A stretch of DNA of 64,000 nt from Anthoceros angustus (Eukaryota; Plantae; Anthocerotophyta). The notes below the pieces were generated by a model. The model saw only the letters and a list, made by a program, of their open reading frames with translations. It was not told where the DNA came from and did no database searches. Position numbers and translations under genes: made by a program. Positions 57,223 to 64,000 of the stretch are shown here, in pieces. Numbering within the stretch: position 1 is the stretch's first letter; each line of letters starts with the position of its first letter. The stretch covers positions 357,411 to 421,410 of the forward strand of contig VJWM01000192.1 of assembly GCA_010909165.1 (NCBI GenBank). Reading direction: 5' to 3'.

Positions 57223-59121
57223 ATGGCAGGCACAGTGAACCTAAGCCTGTGGAGCGGGATCGGTGTGGTGGGTGTGTTGCGCCCAAGCTGGAAGAGGAGC
57301 AGGGTCGCAGGACACCAGAGTGCGGGCGGGTATGGGCGGTCGCAACGAGCAAGCCAAGGGAAGGGGAAGGGGCAGCTTCAGTGTCGAAACAGCGCCGGCG
57401 ACGAACAAGCGCAGGCACAGGCTCAGACGCAAGCGGCGGCTCCAGCTAAATTCGATGTCAGAAGCAACTGCGTGACTCCGGTCTTCCGCGTTTCGCCCTA
57501 CTTTGATGATGTGAGCTCACTGTCAGTGACGGCCATTTTTGTACTAGACTGTCGTTCACTGGGCGGGATTGGAAGGCAACGTCCGGCCCAATTTTGGTGT
57601 TGGGTGATGGTCGCCTGCCGGGTCGGATTCCTCTTCGGGACCCAGACCCGAAGGCGGAATTTTTTTTTTCTTGCTATGCTGGTCGTTGTAGAATGGAGGA
57701 AGGCAATAAACCGGTGGATTGGAATGGATACAGTCCAGTCCAGTACAATCCACTACACCGTTGCTGCTTCTGTTTCTGTTGTGAATGTGAGCTTCATATG
57801 GTAACGAATTCCTGGCCTGCCATTTGGTTGGCGTAGGGAGCAGCCCAGAGGTCTGGCAAGATGGGCGTCTTATTCCTCAGTGAAGGCAATGTGTGTCGCT
57901 CCATATACGCAGATGCCGTCTTCGCGGCCTTGATAGACAAGGAGGGATTGAATGACTCAGTGGAGTGTTCCTCGAAGGTGAGAGCGATATACCCGCTTGC
58001 TCTCCTTTCCTTGGTGTTGTTAACAGCCAGGACTGGAGAGGACTCGACTTACTGGAGGGAGGGAAGGAAGGAAGGAAGTGATTCACAGTTCAGCTCGAAC
58101 GTGCTGCCAGTGCAGGCAACGAAGGACTACAATGCCGGAGAAGCGCCAGACGAACGAGCCGTGGAAGTTGCGAGGGAGGCAGGGTTGACGCTGCGGCAAG
58201 CAGGTGGAGCGCAGGTTTTTACTTGCCCGCAAGATCTTGTCAGGTGGGACCTTTTGGTAGTGATGGACAAGGCAAGACATCCCCTCCCCTCTCTACCCCA
58301 CCGATTATGGGCCTGGCCTGGCGTGGCCTGGCCTTCCCTTTCTCGCAGCTGCATCACGTATGGTTCATGGAAGGGTTCTTATCAAGGTGCAATGCAATGC
58401 AGTTCAATGCTTCGGATGTGATGAAGGAAGTCACTGTTTACGAAACCATCAACAAGCAAGATAGATTTTCTTACAAAGTCCGGCGTCTAGGAGAGTTTTG
58501 CGGGACGAGATTGGTAGGTGCTGGCTAGCTTATCCATCCACTTTGAGGCTGTTCTGCTCACTCTGATATCAGTGTTGGTGCTGTTGCCATGTTATGCACT
58601 GGAGGCTCAGCTTTCTCATGGCCTGTCCTGCTTTGCTTGTTTGCACTGACAGGTTGAAGACATAGACGATCCCCTATATGGAAACATGGGTGGTCCTGAG
58701 GAGGTGGTGAGTTTGGAAGACGTAACCTTCCTTGCGACTGATCTGTCTCACATGTAAGCACGTCATGCTCACGGTAGGAGTACCTAATGTGTGTCTTAGT
58801 CCATTTCTCTTGCTGTTGCCGCTGTCCCAGGAGCTGTTGCACCAAGCCTTGAAAGACATTCAAGAATCATGCGCTGGTTTGTTGAACTTTATACTGCAAG
58901 TCCGGCAGACGCTGCAAGGTGATTACTCCACTCTTGTCGACTCCTCTTATTCATTACGCCGCCTCTAATGTATCCTGGTGCTAGCAGACTGGCTACTTTG
59001 AATTGACGGGACCATGGTTGCGGCAGGATCGGAGACTCTTAGGGAAGGCGTAGCACGTCAGTTGAAGCAAATGGAAGCGCTGGATTGGCTAGTACCTCCG
59101 ATGTTGAGCAGCAAGTCGTAA
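57223..59121 (+). CDS. Low-molecular-weight protein-tyrosine-phosphatase-like protein with predicted organellar transit peptide, multi-exon
   Basis: VLFLSEGNVCRS (P-loop), DLLVVMDK|FN, IDDPLYG, and final exon ..LDWLVPPMLSSKS*. GT-AG introns. The start at 57223 is inferred from an S/R/G-rich leader spliced to the exon at ~57837. Confidence 0.8.
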
Positions 59122-59486
59122 ATTATACAGTAGTTGCCACGCCTCACCTCTTGTCACTTTTCGCGATTCGCTACTGCTCATAGGACATTCATGGTTATTA
59201 CGTTGTCGTATTTGGGATTCTCAAGAAACTCGATACTGGGCTAACCTTTGAATCCCAAGAAACTCGATCTAGGCTACGCTATGTGCGCTGGACGTGCAGA
59301 GCTCGGCATACTGCGAGGCTAGGTCTGTACGCAGGGCAGTGCTTACTTACTCCTAAACCCGGGAGCAACAGTAATACATAACCAAAGAGCGTAGGATGTC
59401 CCGTCAGCCGACTTGCATCTTCCTCCTCAGAGGCTCATCTGGGAATAGAGGCATGGGCCAAAATTGACTGGTGCTTTGTCGAGAGT

Positions 59487-61175
<1,689 letters not shown>

Positions 61176-61899
61176 GTCTGCTGCGGGAGAACTCGCAGGT
61201 GCGGCAACTTGGTCTCGGCGAGGGAGGAAGCGGATGGGACGAAGGCAGGGAGGCAACGAGGACTCTTAGCTTGGCTGGCTGGCTGGAGGAACGAGGAGCT
61301 CAGCGTCAGAGTCATTCGTTCCTCCTTCCACCGCATTTCTCACGCCGTTAATTTGATTCCAAATATGGAATATGATGCCAGCGGTAATGCCTAGGGTGGG
61401 TAGCTACTAGGTACCAGGTACATTTGCTCATAAAATCTATCGTTACCTACTTCGAAACCGATCTTCTCATCTTCTCGCCTCAAAAAAGAATTATTTGCCA
61501 CTTCGAAACCCATCTATGGAATACCGATCTCGTCAGGAAGCCCTTTAGAGTTTTTTTCGATGGTGATAAAAGAAGTTTTCCCGCCGCATACGACGGGAAA
61601 ACTTCTGATATCTCATTAAATCGGCCCGGCTTTGCCTCGTGTCGATCTCGTCACTAAGCTTTGTGGTGTGTGTGTGGAGATTCTTTTAGGTTTTGACACA
61701 CAAGGTTTTTCTTTGTTAGGGCATCGGGCATGGGCCATCGCACATCCATTCGCATTATCGCCCGTCGGTTGCCATAAGGAAACCGTCACCGAGCCTTTAT
61801 GGTAGATAGCGTGGAGGAGCCATCGCGGCGCCTGTTGCGACCATACGGGCCTTTGTGGTGATAACTGGAGGCACCATGTATGCGCCTCGTCTGGCTTTA

Positions 61900-62420
61900 C
61901 GTGGCGCGACTTTCTTGCGGCAATGCGTACGCGCGCAATCCGTGTCGTTGTAGGAAGGAGTTCGTTCCCAAGGAATGTCGGGGCTCCGTTTGCGGCGTTC
62001 GAGGCGATTCTCGTCTTACTTTCGTCGTTGATCCAGCGCTCACGCTCCTCGATTCCGTCTAACCGTCTTACAGGCCGGTATGGCCAAGCGTTTAGGACCC
62101 GTTCGCGTCCGTTCGTTCGTTCGTCTCTCACACCTCGTCCGTTCCTCTCTCCACTCACACTACACTTATCGGTCTTAAGGAAAGGCGCGGGTTACCAGTC
62201 AGGACCTCCTCGCGTTCTCGGGCCTCTCCGTCCGGGCTCTGCCGCCCTCCGAGTCCCTCCGGCTCACGTTCGGTCCGTTCGGTGGGCGCGGCTCGGGGCG
62301 AGCCGCAGTCCCGATCACCCTTCCACCGCACACCACAACACGTTAGGTCCGTCACGGGACCACGATCAATCCCTCCCGGGTATCGTGCACCTTTCGGTGA
62401 CTCGGGACTCACGTTAGCAA
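61900..62420 (+). repeat. Dispersed LTR-like repeat, copy 2 (homologue of 35720-36297)
   Basis: Colinear similarity with copy 1, ending in CGTTAGCA. Confidence 0.7.
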
Positions 62421-62839
62421 GAAGACACACAAAGGTGCAGAGCGGCATCAACACCAAGAAAGATGATTTATTGGGGCAGACCCTCTTATACTACGCCGGT
62501 CGTCTTTATTACACCCCTATTACGGTGATGGCCATTTCGGTATGCTAATCGGCCGCCTACCATCCTATTCCTCCCTATCTCCTTCGCGGCGGTGGGGGGG
62601 AAGGTCCGAGTTCCCTTGGGATTGGTGGTCCAATCTCCGTCACGGCGGTTGCGGCGCAATCGGATGATCCGGCCCTCCTCTCCCGGAATCACAGCCGGGT
62701 TGGGCTCGGCGGCGGCGGCGGCCGTTACCACGTCATCCTCCCCCTCCCCATGGGTCCCCTCGGTGGGGCCACCGCTATCCTCCCCTGCGTAAGTCGAAGG
62801 GGCTCCTCCTTCTTCGAGTCACCTCGGTCCGGTCTCGAC

Positions 62840-63008
62840 TCGGTCCGCACGACGAACAACCCGCTCAATACGCCGATCAACCAGGGCATCGTCTACGGCT
62901 CGGGGCACGGCGGCGGCGAACGGAGCGTTCATGTCGCTCCATCCCGGCGGCGGACAGTTCCTCGGCGACGGCTCCGTGCGGTTCGTGTCGGAGACCATCA
63001 ACCTCAAC
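62840..63008 (+). other. Planctomycete-like DUF1559 (H-X9-DG motif) gene fragment
   Basis: With one frameshift it reads VRTTNNPLNTPINQGIVYGSGHGG~NGAFMSLHPGGGQFLGDGSVRFVSETINLN. Almost all codons end in G or C. Confidence 0.7.
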
Positions 63009-64000
63009 CCTATGAGAGGTTTGCTGGTGACCTAATTCGGAAAGTAACTTTGGAAGGTGCATGCAAAAGTGAAAGCCAAAGCAAAAGCAGCCTCCGGATT
63101 CGGATCCAAATCTGGATCCACCAGCCAGCTACAAGCGGTGAGCCAATTGGAGAAGGAATGCACCTCACCTCAGCACGGGTGTTGACATGACTAATGTCAG
63201 CCGCCACGCCGGGTGTGCCGGCAATGTCATAAAGCGAAAGTTGCGTCACCAGAGGATTGAGCTTGAGAAGCAGGCCCAAGGGCTGACCAATGCCGCCGGC
63301 GGCTCCTAGAACGGCAACCTTGCGCTCCGGGGTGGAGGCCGAGGCGAACGTCCGGTTCAGCACAAGAGATGCCGCACGCCGAGCGGCCATGTCTGCTGCG
63401 GGAGAACTCGCAGGTGCGGCAACTTGGTCTCGGCGAGGGAGGAAGCGGATGGGACGAAGGCAGGGAGGCAACGAGGACTCTTAGCTTGGCTGGCTGGCTG
63501 GAGGAACGAGGAGCTCAGCGTCAGAGTCATTCGTTCCTCCTTCCACCGCATTCTCACGCCGTTAATTTGATTCCAAATATGGAATATGATGCCAGCGGTA
63601 ATGCCTAGGGTGGGTAGCTACTAGGTACCAGGTACATTTGCTCATAAAATCTATCGTTACCTACTTCGAAACCGATCTTCTCATCTTCTCGCCTCAAAAA
63701 GAATTATTTGCCACTTGAAACCCATCTATGGAATACCGATCTCGTCGGAAGCCCTTTAGAGTTTTTTTCGATGGTGATAAAAGTTTTCCGCGCCACGGGA
63801 AAACTTCTGATATCTACATGACATCGGCCGCTGGCACTTTACGTGTCCCGATCTAACTAAGCACTGGTGTGTGTGGAGATTCTTTTAGGTTTTGACACAC
63901 AAGGTTTTTCTTTGTTAGAAAGTCGGGCATGGGCCATCGCACATCCATTCGCACTTATCGCCCCATCGTCAGTTTGCCATAAGGAAACCGTCACCATCGA
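62996..64000 (-). pseudogene. Partial duplicate of mMDH exon 1, intron 1 and upstream region (copy of 60781-~61793)
   Basis: Near-identical at offset 2215, with ATG at 63390. Degrades with deletions toward the window end. Lacks exon 2 onward. Confidence 0.9.

Overview
Eukaryotic nuclear DNA from a land plant, probably a non-seed lineage. The clues are short GT-AG introns, PLS-class PPR remnants and plant-type telo motifs; the species cannot be determined from the sequence. Intact host genes: a GH17 beta-1,3-glucanase, a secreted PGIP-like LRR protein (with a pseudogene and a truncated duplicate), ABCE1/RLI, ORP3, an LMW-PTP-like protein and mitochondrial MDH. The rest is largely mobile DNA: two full-length Ty1/Copia elements, an unclassified T-tract-ended repeat family, LINE fragments and minisatellites. 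The standout is a frameshifted but recognisable minus-strand gene at about 5.0-7.6 kb. It fuses a ParB/Srx-like domain (GGNHT) to a bacterial-type beta-class N4-cytosine/N6-adenine DNA methyltransferase and carries a candidate spliceosomal intron. Both Copia elements carry extra cargo: an ORF upstream of gag and an apparently spliced antisense ORF after RNase H. A short planctomycete-like DUF1559 fragment is joined to a partial MDH duplicate at a 13-nt overlap. Caveat: several deletion-rich 'echo' duplications suggest long-read or assembly errors, so frameshifts and duplications in repeats need checking against raw reads. All family calls are by-eye motif recognition; no database was searched.
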